Assembly (NCBI GenBank): GCA_963664815.2
Contig: CAXXHB010000003.1
Coordinates: 1,280,001 to 1,344,000, forward strand
Direction: 5' to 3'
DNA: 64,000 bases
Source: Spirochaetota bacterium
GTDB taxonomy: Bacteria > Spirochaetota > UBA4802 > UBA5550
Of this stretch, positions 1-10,797 are shown piece by piece. Both the position numbers and the translations under genes were made by a program. The notes beneath the pieces were generated by a model. The model was not told the DNA's origin. It did no database searches and was given only the letters and a program-made list of their open reading frames with translations. Each line of letters starts with the position of its first letter. Within the stretch, counting starts at the first letter, position 1.

Positions 1-1806
1 CTCGCCGATGAAGTGAGATGTTACATGCTTGATGTTATTTCAGAGAGAGGGGGGCATCTTGCTTCATCCCTGGGGGTTGTAGAGCTTACTATTGCCCTTC
101 ATCATGTTTTTAATGCACCTGTTGATAAAATAATATGGGATGTGGGCCATCAGACATATTCTCATAAAATACTTACAGGACGACGCGATGAATTTAAAAA
201 TATAAGGTGTTTCGGGGGAATCAGCGGTTTCCCTAAAAGGCATGAGTCCCCTTATGATCCTTATGATGTAGGTCACAGCAGTACAAGTATATCCCTCGCA
301 GTGGGAGAAGCCGTGGGACGTGATCTGGCCGGTAAAAGTTACAAGGTGGTTGCTGTAATCGGTGATGGATCACTTACAGGAGGGATGGCTTTTGAAGCAC
401 TTAACCATATCGGGCATATAGGAAATGATGTAATTATAATTCTCAATGATAATGAACATTCTATTTCAAAAAATGTAGGAGCTCTTTCAACCTATCTTAC
501 CGAGATGATTTCAAGGAGCCTGTATAACAGATTCCGCAAAAAAACGATGAAGATGATAAAAAGCATCCCATGGCTGGGGCAATATGTATTTAATTTTATG
601 TTCAGGGTATCGTCGTCTTTTAAAAGGTTTATTATACCTGGTCAGCTTTTTGAAGATCTTGGCGTGAGATACTTCGGTCCGGTCGACGGACATAATATTA
701 CAAAACTTATAGAAATTTTTGACAGGGTAAAAATAATAAATTCCGGCCCTAAAATAGTTCATGTCATTACAAAAAAAGGGAAGGGGTTTATACCCGCTGA
801 GTCTGATCCATGCAGCTTTCATGGTACAGGTCCTTTCGAACGCAACTCCGGAGAGAGAATTACAAAAAACTCGGGAGAACCATATTCTTCTGTGGCTGGC
901 AGAACACTGGCTGCTATTGGCAGGAGAGATGAAAAGGTAGTAGTGGTTACTGCAGCCATGAAAGAAGGAACCGGGCTTACTGAGTTTGAAAAAATAGCCC
1001 CGACAAGAATTTTTGATGTAGGTATTGCCGAGCAGCATGCGGTTACTTTCTCTTCTGCGCTTGCATCAACAGGTCTTAAACCTTTTGTTCCCATATATTC
1101 GTCATTTATGCAGCGGGCATATGATCAGCTGATACATGATACGGCAATAATGAAACTTCCTGTGAGAATTCTGATTGATAGAGCTGGAGTTGTCGGGGAT
1201 GACGGTGAAACACATCATGGTCTCTTTGACATATCAATGATAAGAAATATTCCGGAATTTGAATTCTTTGCGCCGTCAAATGGTGAAGAGCTTCGCGATA
1301 TGATATATTATGCATGGAAGCATTCCACCGGGCCTATGGCAATAAGGTACCCCAGGGGGACATCTCATACTGATGGATTAAATGTCAGGGAGAATGGAGA
1401 GTTTGTACCGGGCAGAATAAAGATTCTTACAAAGGGGAATGACGCGGCAATTTTTGCTCTTGGAGATATGGTCCAGGTAGCGCTCGATACTGAGAAAATA
1501 TTAAGAAAAAAAGGATTCTCTGTTACTGTAGTTAATATACTTTCAATTAAACCGCTTGATATTGCAGGAATTGAGAGAGTAATTAAACGATGCGGCGGGT
1601 TTATTACAGTTGAAAATGGTTTTTCTGCCGGCGGTGTTGGTGAATATATTTATTCAAGTATTAACCCATCGCTGTGTGTCAGGTGTCTGTTCAGAGCGGG
1701 ATTTCCACAAAAATTTGTCAGTCATGGAACCACCAGTGAACTTTTCAGAGAAAACGGGCTTGATCCCATATCTTTGGCTGAAAGAATTGTAAAAGTCTTA
1801 AAATGA
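1..1806 (+). CDS. dxs: 1-deoxy-D-xylulose-5-phosphate synthase (5' end upstream of window)
   Basis: Motifs GGHLASSLG, WDVGHQ, GHSSTS, ThDP-binding GDGSLTGG...NDN, DVGIAEQHAV, DRAG. Frame is open from base 1 (LADEVR). Confidence 0.97.
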   Translation, partial: LADEVRCYMLDVISERGGHLASSLGVVELTIALHHVFNAPVDKIIWDVGHQTYSHKILTGRRDEFKNIRCFGGISGFPKRHESPYDPYDVGHSSTSISLAVGEAVGRDLAGKSYKVVAVIGDGSLTGGMAFEALNHIGHIGNDVIIILNDNEHSISKNVGALSTYLTEMISRSLYNRFRKKTMKMIKSIPWLGQYVFNFMFRVSSSFKRFIIPGQLFEDLGVRYFGPVDGHNITKLIEIFDRVKIINSGPKIVHVITKKGKGFIPAESDPCSFHGTGPFERNSGERITKNSGEPYSSVAGRTLAAIGRRDEKVVVVTAAMKEGTGLTEFEKIAPTRIFDVGIAEQHAVTFSSALASTGLKPFVPIYSSFMQRAYDQLIHDTAIMKLPVRILIDRAGVVGDDGETHHGLFDISMIRNIPEFEFFAPSNGEELRDMIYYAWKHSTGPMAIRYPRGTSHTDGLNVRENGEFVPGRIKILTKGNDAAIFALGDMVQVALDTEKILRKKGFSVTVVNILSIKPLDIAGIERVIKRCGGFITVENGFSAGGVGEYIYSSINPSLCVRCLFRAGFPQKFVSHGTTSELFRENGLDPISLAERIVKVLK

Positions 1807-2041
1807 TTTCAATGCTTGTTGCTGACTTCTTTTAAAACTTCCATTGAAGCTCATTGTGTAAGCGATATACGGTTTCCAGCAGGATTATTGATTTTAATTG
1901 AAAAAACTGGATGTTTTACCGTTAATATAATATAATAAGTCTATAGCTATGCGTAAAACTGATAGACTGCTTTTGTGATTTAAACTTTAAAACAGGGGGC
2001 GCCGGATATTACGCTCGTCTGTAAGTGGAGATTTTCTGATA

Positions 2042-3034
2042 ATGAAGTTCAGGCATTTTATTCTAATATTATTATGTTCTTTTTTCTTTGTTTTTAAGGT
2101 TTCAGGGAGCACTGCAGCCTGGGAGAATGATTCACAGATAAGTTTCAGGGAGGTGTGGGGCTATCTTATGAGAGGTGAGGAGAAGTATTTTATAAAAGAT
2201 GCCCCGATTACAGATATATTTTATTTCAGCACCTCAGTCAATGAAAAAGGCAGGATCAATACCTCGGTTAATCCGCCGTTCTCCCCGGTTTTCGCAGGGG
2301 GCAGGAAAAGGATACATCTTGTTATTTCTGATCTGGATAATCCTTTACGGATGCATTTATGTCTTAACAAAAGATATGGAGTGAGATCGGAACTCCTGAA
2401 AGATATATATGAAGTTTCACAGAAATTCGATGGTATACAGATTGATTTTGAAGCTATAGAAAAAAAAGATGGAGCGTCATTTATAACATTTCTTCGTGAT
2501 CTGAAAAAAATACTTCCACGGGGTAAAATATTAAGTGTAGCAGTACCTCCAAAGCGTATGTATACTGATGATCCCTATAATTATGCAGTTATCTCACGTA
2601 TTGCAGACCGTGTTCTTGTAATGGCCTATGATCAGCACTGGAGTACAAGCAAACCGGGGCCGGTAGCCTCATTGTCATGGTGCAGAGAGGTCGCGGCATA
2701 TGCTTCAGGAATTATTCCAAAACAGAAACTCGTTATAGGGTTACCTCTTTATGGGCGTGAGTGGCGTGATAAGGGCTACAGCAGGTCATTAAGATGGAAG
2801 CAGGTCAATGCTTTGATGGAAAGAGATGATGCAGTTATTGAATATTCAGTCGATGAGGGTTTTAAAGTTATGTATGATGAGAAGATGAAGAGTACTCTAT
2901 ATTTTGATGATATAAAGGCAACAAGACAGAAACTGGCAATGTATAGTGGTTATACTGCTGGTGTAGGATTCTGGCGGCTTGGTATGGAAAATGAAAATCT
3001 ATGGAATATCATCAGTGTTTCGGGTGGAGGGTGA
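2042..3034 (+). CDS. Secreted glycoside hydrolase family 18 protein
   Basis: Signal-peptide-like N-terminus; catalytic FDGIQIDFE, VMAYD, GLPLYG and GFWRLG motifs typical of GH18. Confidence 0.85.
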   Translation: MKFRHFILILLCSFFFVFKVSGSTAAWENDSQISFREVWGYLMRGEEKYFIKDAPITDIFYFSTSVNEKGRINTSVNPPFSPVFAGGRKRIHLVISDLDNPLRMHLCLNKRYGVRSELLKDIYEVSQKFDGIQIDFEAIEKKDGASFITFLRDLKKILPRGKILSVAVPPKRMYTDDPYNYAVISRIADRVLVMAYDQHWSTSKPGPVASLSWCREVAAYASGIIPKQKLVIGLPLYGREWRDKGYSRSLRWKQVNALMERDDAVIEYSVDEGFKVMYDEKMKSTLYFDDIKATRQKLAMYSGYTAGVGFWRLGMENENLWNIISVSGGG

Positions 3035-3352
3035 TTTATTTTACAGTGTATATTCACACAGTATAGATTTGTTCATCATCCCCTGCCAATAAAAAAGAGA
3101 AGAATTTTATTAATATTTTCATGCGCGAAAGCCATTTATATGTATTTATCCCCATTAAAAAACCGTTAAAAAACAGCTGTTGAATTATATCAGTTGTCAT
3201 GATATTGATTAAATCTGCAGGTTTATTTTTTTCTTTATTTAAGATTGACATTCATCGCTAAATTAGACGTTTGTTAAATTAGCATTGTTGGGCTTATTTT
3301 TAAATTAATATTAATCAGTTATTGTAAATCAGGAAGTTTTTACAGAATTTAT

Positions 3353-5185
3353 ATGAAAAATAAAGAGTTTTTTAAGAGTATTGTAGAGCTTACATCTGAT
3401 ATTATATGGGAGGTTGATGAAAACTGGTGTTACACATATATTTCAGGTAAAGTAAAAGAATATATGGGTTATACCGCAGATGAACTTATAGGTAAAATGC
3501 CTTTATCTTTAATGACCGATGATGAAACAGAGAAAATTAAAAATAAAGTCAGGATTATTTCATCAAGAAGAGGAAACCTTGCAGATATTGAAATAAAGGT
3601 GTTTAATAAAAAAAAAGATATAAGATACCTGATGATAAACGGCATGCCTATTCTTGATTCCGAAAAAAAATTCAGAGGATACAGGGGTGTTGTCAGGGAT
3701 GTTACTGATAAAAAGCTTGCTGAAAGTGCATATAAAGAGAGCGAAAATCATCTCTCTACACTGATGAATAACCTCCCTGGAATGGCATACAGGGGGAGTT
3801 TTACAAACGGATTTAAGATGGAATTCGTCAGTGAAGGAGCCTATGCTTTGTCTGGTTATACACCATCAGTTTTTGTTGAAAAGGGGATATCCAGCAAATC
3901 GATCATTTATCCCGATGATATCAAAATGGTGAAAACAACTGTCAGGAATGCTTTAAATGATAAAAAACAGTATGATGTAATTTTCAGAATTATCACTGCT
4001 GATTCAAAGATAAAATGGATTATGGATAAGGGGTTCGGAATATATAAAGATGGTACCCTTATTGGGATAGAAGGCTTTTCCTTTGATATAACTGAAACAA
4101 GAGAAGCTGTTGAATATGGTATAAAAAATGAAAGAAGGTTCAAGAATCTCTTTGAAAGCAATCCTCAGGGTATTACAATTGCTGACAGAGATGGTTTTAT
4201 TATACAGGCAAACAGAAGATGGAAACAGATGTTCGGTTATACAGATGCCGATATAAGTAAACTGCATATGAGTAGTTTAAGATTGCAGGAGTACAGAAAC
4301 TCTGATATTTCACTTTTTAAATCACTTTTTAACAGGGATAATGCATTTTACAGAATTGAAAGATCTTTTGAAAAAAATGATGGTTCTGTTTTATGGTATG
4401 ACCTGACTGCAGCATTACTTGATGACCCTGATGAGCAGGATCTTTACGTGATTGGTTTATATGTTGATATAACTGAAAGGAAAAAAATTGAAGAGGAACT
4501 GAAAAGGTTGCATGGAGATCTTGAAAACATTGTTATAGAAAGGACTGAAGAGATAAACCGGCTGACACTGAAAGTGATAAACTCTCAGGAGGAGGAGAGG
4601 CAGCGAATTGCAAGGGATCTTCATGACGGAGTAGGACAGTCTATTCTGGCGGCAAAATATGCTTTCAATAGCTTTATGAATGGTGATTGTAAAGACAATA
4701 AACTTCTTGAGAAGGGCAAGTTGCTTATTGATATGGCAAGCCAGGAGCTGAGAGGGGTTTATACCGGAATATATCCTCATATGCTGGGTGAGCTTGGTTT
4801 AAAGGATACGATAGACTGGTTTATAAGAAATTTTCTTGAAGCCTCGGGAATGGAAGTTATTAATAAAAATACCCTTGTATCAGATGTGCCGTACAACCTG
4901 TCGATAAATATTTACAGGATTATGCAGGAGCTGTTTAATAATATTGTAAGGCATGCTGAAGCAGATACCGTTACTGTCTTATTATGTCATGAAGGAAATA
5001 GTGTTGTTATAGAAATATCTGATAATGGGAAGGGTTTTGACATAGAAAAGGCCGGAAAAACCTGCACCGGCGCCGGATTGATTAATGTAAGAAAACGGGT
5101 GGAATACCTGAAAGGGCATCTTGAAATGGAATCAATCCCGGGAAGAACATGGACTAAAATAGAAATACCTGTGGAGCAGAGATGA
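3353..5185 (+). CDS. Cytoplasmic multi-PAS sensor histidine kinase, HisKA_3 (NarX/DegS-like)
   Basis: Three PAS/PAC repeats, EERQRIARDLHDGVGQ H-box, ELFNNIVRHA N-box, DNGKGF and GAGL G-boxes; overlaps the regulator start (ATGA). Confidence 0.93.
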   Translation: MKNKEFFKSIVELTSDIIWEVDENWCYTYISGKVKEYMGYTADELIGKMPLSLMTDDETEKIKNKVRIISSRRGNLADIEIKVFNKKKDIRYLMINGMPILDSEKKFRGYRGVVRDVTDKKLAESAYKESENHLSTLMNNLPGMAYRGSFTNGFKMEFVSEGAYALSGYTPSVFVEKGISSKSIIYPDDIKMVKTTVRNALNDKKQYDVIFRIITADSKIKWIMDKGFGIYKDGTLIGIEGFSFDITETREAVEYGIKNERRFKNLFESNPQGITIADRDGFIIQANRRWKQMFGYTDADISKLHMSSLRLQEYRNSDISLFKSLFNRDNAFYRIERSFEKNDGSVLWYDLTAALLDDPDEQDLYVIGLYVDITERKKIEEELKRLHGDLENIVIERTEEINRLTLKVINSQEEERQRIARDLHDGVGQSILAAKYAFNSFMNGDCKDNKLLEKGKLLIDMASQELRGVYTGIYPHMLGELGLKDTIDWFIRNFLEASGMEVINKNTLVSDVPYNLSINIYRIMQELFNNIVRHAEADTVTVLLCHEGNSVVIEISDNGKGFDIEKAGKTCTGAGLINVRKRVEYLKGHLEMESIPGRTWTKIEIPVEQR

Positions 5186-5844
5186 AAAAGATCAGTATTT
5201 TTCTTGCCGATGATCATGTAATACTTCGGGAGGGTTTGAAGCATATTTTACTGGAAGATGAGAAAATTGAAATTGCAGGTGAAGCGGGAGACGGCCGGGA
5301 GGCTGTTGAAAAAATTGATGAATTAAAACCTGATATTGCAATTCTCGATATATCCATGCCGCTGCTTTCCGGGCTTGATGCGGCCTCGATGATCCGCAGA
5401 TATAACAAGAAGATTAAGCTGATTATACTCACTCGGCATGATAATGAAGAGTATGTTCACCAGGCAATGAAGAATGGAGTTAATGGTTTTATATTAAAGG
5501 ACAGCGCCGGAGATGACCTTTTAAAAGCCGTTAAAGATGTTATGAATGGTAATATTTATCTCAGCCCCAGAATACTTACAAATATAGTTAATTCCGGCCT
5601 GGTAATTCAGGGTAGACAGAACAGGGACAAATTAAAGACGAACAGGGAGTTGCTGACAGGGAGGGAGAAAGAGGTTTTGAAGCTTGTCGCTGAGGGTAAA
5701 TCAAGCAATGAGATTGCGTCTTTATTGAGAATATCATCAAAAACAGTTAAAGTGCATCGTTTAAATATAATGAATAAACTGAATATCCATAATGTTACTG
5801 ATCTTGTGAAATATGCGATTAAATCAGGTCTTGTTGATATTTGA
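5182..5844 (+). CDS. NarL/LuxR-family response regulator
   Basis: REC (ADDH, LDISMP) plus LuxR HTH (LTGREKEVLKLVAEGKSSNEIA...TVKVHR); translationally coupled to the kinase. Confidence 0.95.
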   Translation: MKKISIFLADDHVILREGLKHILLEDEKIEIAGEAGDGREAVEKIDELKPDIAILDISMPLLSGLDAASMIRRYNKKIKLIILTRHDNEEYVHQAMKNGVNGFILKDSAGDDLLKAVKDVMNGNIYLSPRILTNIVNSGLVIQGRQNRDKLKTNRELLTGREKEVLKLVAEGKSSNEIASLLRISSKTVKVHRLNIMNKLNIHNVTDLVKYAIKSGLVDI

Positions 5845-6044
5845 ACGCTGTAAGCATAAAGGCTTATATTTACAAGAGAAATAAGCCTATTTTATTAATA
5901 AGTAATTACTTCGTAATATTTAAATAAGCATAAATAAATAAATATTTAATTACACAGACATATTTACAGATTTTATTATTTGTTTTATAGTGATCATTGT
6001 AAAAAATGAAGAGTTTTCTAATATATCACAGAAAAGGGAAAGAT

Positions 6045-7763
6045 ATGAATTGGTTTAAGAATCTCCGTGTTGCCTATAAAATACTAATGAGTTGTGCTTT
6101 GTTCATTATCATGATTGTCACTATTGTATTATTTTCAGTAAATGCAATGAATAGTGTACAGATTGCCGTCAAAGATTACAGAGAGAATAATGTTATTCCT
6201 ATAATAAAAATGGGTGATTTTGCAAAGAATCTTGTTCAGGCAAGAGGTGATGTTACTGAATTGCAACTGGCATATGCTACAGGGAATCAGGAAGCTTTTT
6301 TAAAGAAATTTGCTGATGGAACGAAAGTGATAAGAGAAAATAATGTTCAGATAATGGATTTTATTAAAAAAAGATCAATGACAGTTAAAGAGAGAGAGAT
6401 TACGGACAATTATGAGAAAAAATACATTGAGTTCGGGAAAAATCTTAGTGATTTACTTGAAGCGATAAAAAGTAAAGATAAAATCAGAACAGAAGCTGCG
6501 CTGACAGCATGGATGAATCAATATAATGAAATAATAAATTTACTGACTGAACTCAAAAAGGAGACTACCCAGGTTGGAGCTGATAAAATAACTGATGAGT
6601 TTGACAGAATGAAAAAGGTGATGATGTATATGTTTGTAATTCTTGGAATTTCTGTTATTGCAGGAGTTATACTGACAAGAATTCTAAGCGGTTCAATATC
6701 AAAGCCTGTGAAACTGGGGCTTGATTTTGCTGAGAAATTAGCCAATGGTGATTTTACTGAAAGGATAGATCTTGATCAGAAGGATGAACTGGGCATGCTG
6801 TCGGATGCGCTTAATAAAGCGGCTGATAATCTTGAACATACTGTAACGGAGATAATAAGTGCGTCAAATAATCTTGCACAGGCGGTTGAACAGATAGCAT
6901 CCGGAAACCAGAACCTGTCACAGAGAACCAGTGAACAGGCCAGCGCTCTTGAAGAGGTTGCTGCGACGATAGAGGAGGCAAACTCTTCAATAAACCAGAA
7001 CTACCAGAACTCTATTCAGGCAAACAAGATGTCTGAAACATCATCTGCAATAGCGATAAACGGCGGCGAACTCGTAGGAGATGCTGTACAGTCGATAAAT
7101 GAAGTAAATTCAAGCGCAAAGAGAATAGGTGAAATTACAACAGTTATCAATGAGATTGCCTTCCAGACTAACCTTCTCGCTCTCAACGCGGCAGTTGAAG
7201 CGGCAAGGGCAGGTGAGCAGGGCCGTGGTTTTGCTGTTGTTGCAGGTGAGGTAAGGAATCTTGCGCAAAGAGCAGGTAACGCAGCAAAAGAGATTGCACA
7301 GTTAATACATGACACTGTGACAAAAGTTGAAAACGGCACGGAAAAAACATATAAAAGCGGAGAGTCGCTTAAGGAGATAATAGAGTCTGTCAAAAACGTT
7401 GCAAATGTAGTGAGCGAGATTGCCGCTTCCTCCAATGAGCAGAAACAGGGGATGGATCAGATTGCCATAGCAATTTCAGATCTGGATTCAATGACACAGC
7501 ATAATGCAGCTCTTGTGGAGGAAACTGCCGGAGCCAGCGAGGAGATGGCAAACCAGGCACAGGAACTTATGAGTCTTATGACGCAGTTTAAAATCCGTGA
7601 TGAGGGGAATGTAAGAAAACAGTCTGTTCTGAGAAAACCTGAGAATAAATCAGCGTCTCAAAAAACTGAAAACCATGGAGGTAACGGAAAAAATAAATCC
7701 GCTGCGTCTGTGGCAGTATCTGCCTCTAAAAAACTTGAAAATGATGGTTATGAAATGTTCTGA
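6045..7763 (+). CDS. Methyl-accepting chemotaxis protein (4HB sensor, HAMP)
   Basis: Two TM helices, HAMP, signalling motif [34 protein letters not shown]. Start placed at ATG 6045 after AAAGGGAA (track start 6006). Confidence 0.95.
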   Translation: MNWFKNLRVAYKILMSCALFIIMIVTIVLFSVNAMNSVQIAVKDYRENNVIPIIKMGDFAKNLVQARGDVTELQLAYATGNQEAFLKKFADGTKVIRENNVQIMDFIKKRSMTVKEREITDNYEKKYIEFGKNLSDLLEAIKSKDKIRTEAALTAWMNQYNEIINLLTELKKETTQVGADKITDEFDRMKKVMMYMFVILGISVIAGVILTRILSGSISKPVKLGLDFAEKLANGDFTERIDLDQKDELGMLSDALNKAADNLEHTVTEIISASNNLAQAVEQIASGNQNLSQRTSEQASALEEVAATIEEANSSINQNYQNSIQANKMSETSSAIAINGGELVGDAVQSINEVNSSAKRIGEITTVINEIAFQTNLLALNAAVEAARAGEQGRGFAVVAGEVRNLAQRAGNAAKEIAQLIHDTVTKVENGTEKTYKSGESLKEIIESVKNVANVVSEIAASSNEQKQGMDQIAIAISDLDSMTQHNAALVEETAGASEEMANQAQELMSLMTQFKIRDEGNVRKQSVLRKPENKSASQKTENHGGNGKNKSAASVAVSASKKLENDGYEMF

Positions 7764-7981
7764 AATATTATACCGGGATATTATTACAACATCTCCCGGA
7801 TTTAGATAGTAACAGATTCGCTGTAAAACTGATTCTATATTGGTTAAAGGGGGGAAGCCCCTTAACCTTCTCCGCTGTGCTGCAAACAGTTTTATCGATA
7901 TGTGGCGTAATTGAGAGTAAGAGACGCAGTTTAACAACAAGGTTAATGTGCTTATATGTGTTAAATATGGTGAGGCTGAAT

Positions 7982-8479
7982 ATGCGAAATACGATTGAAC
8001 AGGAAGATATGCTGAAGGACATTAGTCTTAAGAATAACATGTTTGTGACCTTCATTATAGATAATGAAACATATGGAATAGATGTAAACCGCGTACAGGA
8101 GATAATTGGCATCATTCCTATCGCGCATATTCCTAATTCTGCGGATTATCTTAAAGGAGTAATTAATCTCAGGGGTAAGGTTGTTCCTGTAATTGATGTC
8201 AGAATGAAGTTCAGAATGAAGGAAAGAAAATATGATGCAGCAACAGTCATACTTATTGTTGAATTAAACGATAATGCAATTGGTCTGATTGTCGATTCAG
8301 TGTCAGATGTTCTTGATATTCCTCACGAATCATTGCATGATTACTCGGGGGCTGACTCGAAAATTAAATCCAGCTCTATAGATTCAATAGCGAGTCTGAA
8401 TGATGATCTCATCCTTATTCTTAATCTTGAGAAAATGATTGAAGAGGAAGATTTCGTATCTTTAGAAATCGAGCAGTAG
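7982..8479 (+). CDS. cheW: Chemotaxis coupling protein CheW
   Basis: YGIDVNRVQEII, GVINLRGKVVPVID, GLIVDSV. Start placed at ATG 7982 after GGTGAGG. Confidence 0.93.
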   Translation: MRNTIEQEDMLKDISLKNNMFVTFIIDNETYGIDVNRVQEIIGIIPIAHIPNSADYLKGVINLRGKVVPVIDVRMKFRMKERKYDAATVILIVELNDNAIGLIVDSVSDVLDIPHESLHDYSGADSKIKSSSIDSIASLNDDLILILNLEKMIEEEDFVSLEIEQ

Positions 8480-8633
8480 TAAAAATCTTATCTGTATTAA
8501 TTTTAAAAATATAAATCAGCAAAAAATGCTTATAATTTTCCGCGCCGGTGGTATTAAAAAGTTTTGTATCTCTTTTCACGCTGTAGTATATGTTCAGTAA
8601 TCATTGATAAAAAATATTTAATGAATCTATTAT

Positions 8634-9011
8634 ATGAAACGTAAAACTAAAACAATACTTCTGGTAGAGGATCAGATCATTTCTGCCGCGCCGGCAATAA
8701 AGGTTTTAAAGAATGCCGGTTATGATGTTGTTTATGTTATGAACGGTGAAAACGCTGTTGCTATCGTAGAAGCAGGTTTACCGCTTGATCTGATAGTCAT
8801 GGATGTGGAACTTGGGTTTGGCATATGCGGCATGACTGCATCGGAAAAGATTAATCTGATAAGAGAAATTCCGATTATATTTTTTACAAGTTTTCCGGAA
8901 GAGTATATAAAAGAGAGAATTGGCAATTCTTCATATTTCAATTACCTGTCAAAGAAAAATAATTATGCAAGCCTTGTAGAGTCAGTTGATAGAAAATTTC
9001 ATTTTGTCTGA
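8634..9011 (+). CDS. Single-domain response regulator (REC)
   Basis: ILLVEDQ, phosphoacceptor IVMDVEL, PIIFFT. Confidence 0.88.
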   Translation: MKRKTKTILLVEDQIISAAPAIKVLKNAGYDVVYVMNGENAVAIVEAGLPLDLIVMDVELGFGICGMTASEKINLIREIPIIFFTSFPEEYIKERIGNSSYFNYLSKKNNYASLVESVDRKFHFV

Positions 9012-9537
9012 TAATCCCGAATTTTCTGAGGAACTGAGCCGGATATAATATTTAAACATAACAAAATAACCATTTAACGCTATCATCTTAGCCAGGTACT
9101 GTGTAAACAGCGAATTAATAAAATCATATAAAGGTGCTATTGCCAAGCTGTAGATGAAACATATTTTATCAATCATGCCGGACTTAGATTCTGAAAAATA
9201 TGGTTATTGTGATTTCCCGTTATTTCAAACCTCTTTAAAATAATACTTCTGCATGTCTTTAAATATCATAAGAAAGGCGCTGGTTATAGTTTATATTTTA
9301 AAAATAAAATCCTGATCATATATTTTAATGTGAAAATTAAAATCATATTGGGTTTTTCATATAAAAAACCTCTAATAAAACAGACATACTGCCGTTAAAA
9401 TAGATGTCAGCCTGAAAGGAATTGTTTATTAATGAGAAGTTGATATATAATTGTTTTATTCTCATATTTTACAATCCTTATTGAAATAATTTAGCTTCAG
9501 AAGTATATTTTGATAAATCATGCAGGGAGAAGTATTT

Positions 9538-10317
9538 ATGGGACGAGAAAAAATGCCGGCTCTATTTATTGGTCATGGTTCGCCAATAAACGCGATGCAT
9601 AATAATGATTTTACTTCAGATCTGAAAAAACTTGCAGAAAAAATACCTGAACCGGAAGCAGTGCTTGTAGTCTCGGCGCACTGGCTGACACAAGGTACAA
9701 GAATAACGTCGGGGAGGAACCCTGAACAGATATATGACTTCTACGGATTTCCGGAAGAACTTTATAAAATCAAATACCAGCCGTCAGGCTCGCCCGAAAT
9801 TGCTGCCATGGTATCAAAATCTGTATCTGGAGTAAACATTATACCTGATGAAGAGAGGGGTATAGATCATGCGGCATGGGCGGTCTTAAAACATATCTAT
9901 CCTGAAGAAAATATTCCTGTACTGGAGATCAGCCTTGATATGAATTCATCTCCGGAGGACCATTACAGAATAGGAAAGGAGTTGTCCGTATTAAGAGATA
10001 AAGGTCTCCTGATAATAGGCAGCGGAAATATTGTACACAATCTCCATGTTATGGATTATTATGAGGGTGTTGCTCCACGTGAGTGGGCTTTGGAGTTTGA
10101 TGAGTGCGTGAAAAAAAATTTAACTGAGAATAATTACTCCGAACTCATCGGGTATGAGAAGTGGGGAAAGATTGCAAAATATGCGGTACCTACCGATGAA
10201 CATTATATACCAATGCTTTATGCTGTATCACAGATCATGGATGATGAGAGAGTTGAATTTATTCATGAATCAATATGCTATGGAACTATTTCGATGAGAA
10301 GTTTTATAGTAAAATAG
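9538..10317 (+). CDS. ygiD: DODA-type/LigB-family extradiol dioxygenase
   Basis: PALFIGHGSP, SAHW, IYDFYGFP, DHAAW, GSGNIVHNL, PTDEHY. Start after GGGAGA. Confidence 0.9.
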   Translation: MGREKMPALFIGHGSPINAMHNNDFTSDLKKLAEKIPEPEAVLVVSAHWLTQGTRITSGRNPEQIYDFYGFPEELYKIKYQPSGSPEIAAMVSKSVSGVNIIPDEERGIDHAAWAVLKHIYPEENIPVLEISLDMNSSPEDHYRIGKELSVLRDKGLLIIGSGNIVHNLHVMDYYEGVAPREWALEFDECVKKNLTENNYSELIGYEKWGKIAKYAVPTDEHYIPMLYAVSQIMDDERVEFIHESICYGTISMRSFIVK

Positions 10318-10641
10318 TTTTAATTTAACAGCAAAAATTTAACCTTTTTACCCGGTTCTGCCGATGGTTTTTCTTATTCAGCTTCTCTTCGTAAAGATGA
10401 TTTGCCGGATATTAAAACAGGTTAAGGAAGTATGCTTCAATAATCGGCTTTTTCGAAGATAATATTGAATCAGTTGATGATAAGATTTCGCTGTAGAACA
10501 TTCCTCTTAACAGATAAGAGAGATACTAAGAAAAGAAAACTTAAAGAAATCCTGCCGGAGGATTTAAAGATAACTTTTAATATAAAAAAAGAATCTTTGA
10601 AATACTTGACGTAAAAAATAGTTCAACCTTAGTGTCTGTAT

Positions 10642-10755
10642 TTCTGAACAATAATTATTTCTTAATTTATTATAATACTCTATTCACTCTGCCACTAATA
10701 GCGGCAGAGTAATGTAATCGTTTAATTTATACAAAATATATGTTAAGGGATTATT
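10642..10755. repeat. Dispersed intergenic hairpin element, copy C (most diverged)
   Basis: TTCTGAAC...AATACTCTATT-cACTCTGCC-loop-GGCAGAGT-aatgTAATCGTTT...AAATATATGTTAAGGGATT; similar to the copies at 40502, 48358 and 51629. Confidence 0.6.
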
Positions 10756-10797
10756 ACTTATTTCAGAAACAAATTAAAAAAAGGATATCTTCCTGTT

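Noticed and set aside
7773-7867. Two hairpins between the MCP and cheW as a c-di-GMP riboswitch
   Set aside because: They lack the GEMM GCAAA/GACGCAAA signature; probably ordinary terminator or stabilising stems.
10380-10612. Coding-like fragments after ygiD (possible pseudogene)
   Set aside because: Multiple stops and no recognisable family; cannot be supported without a search.
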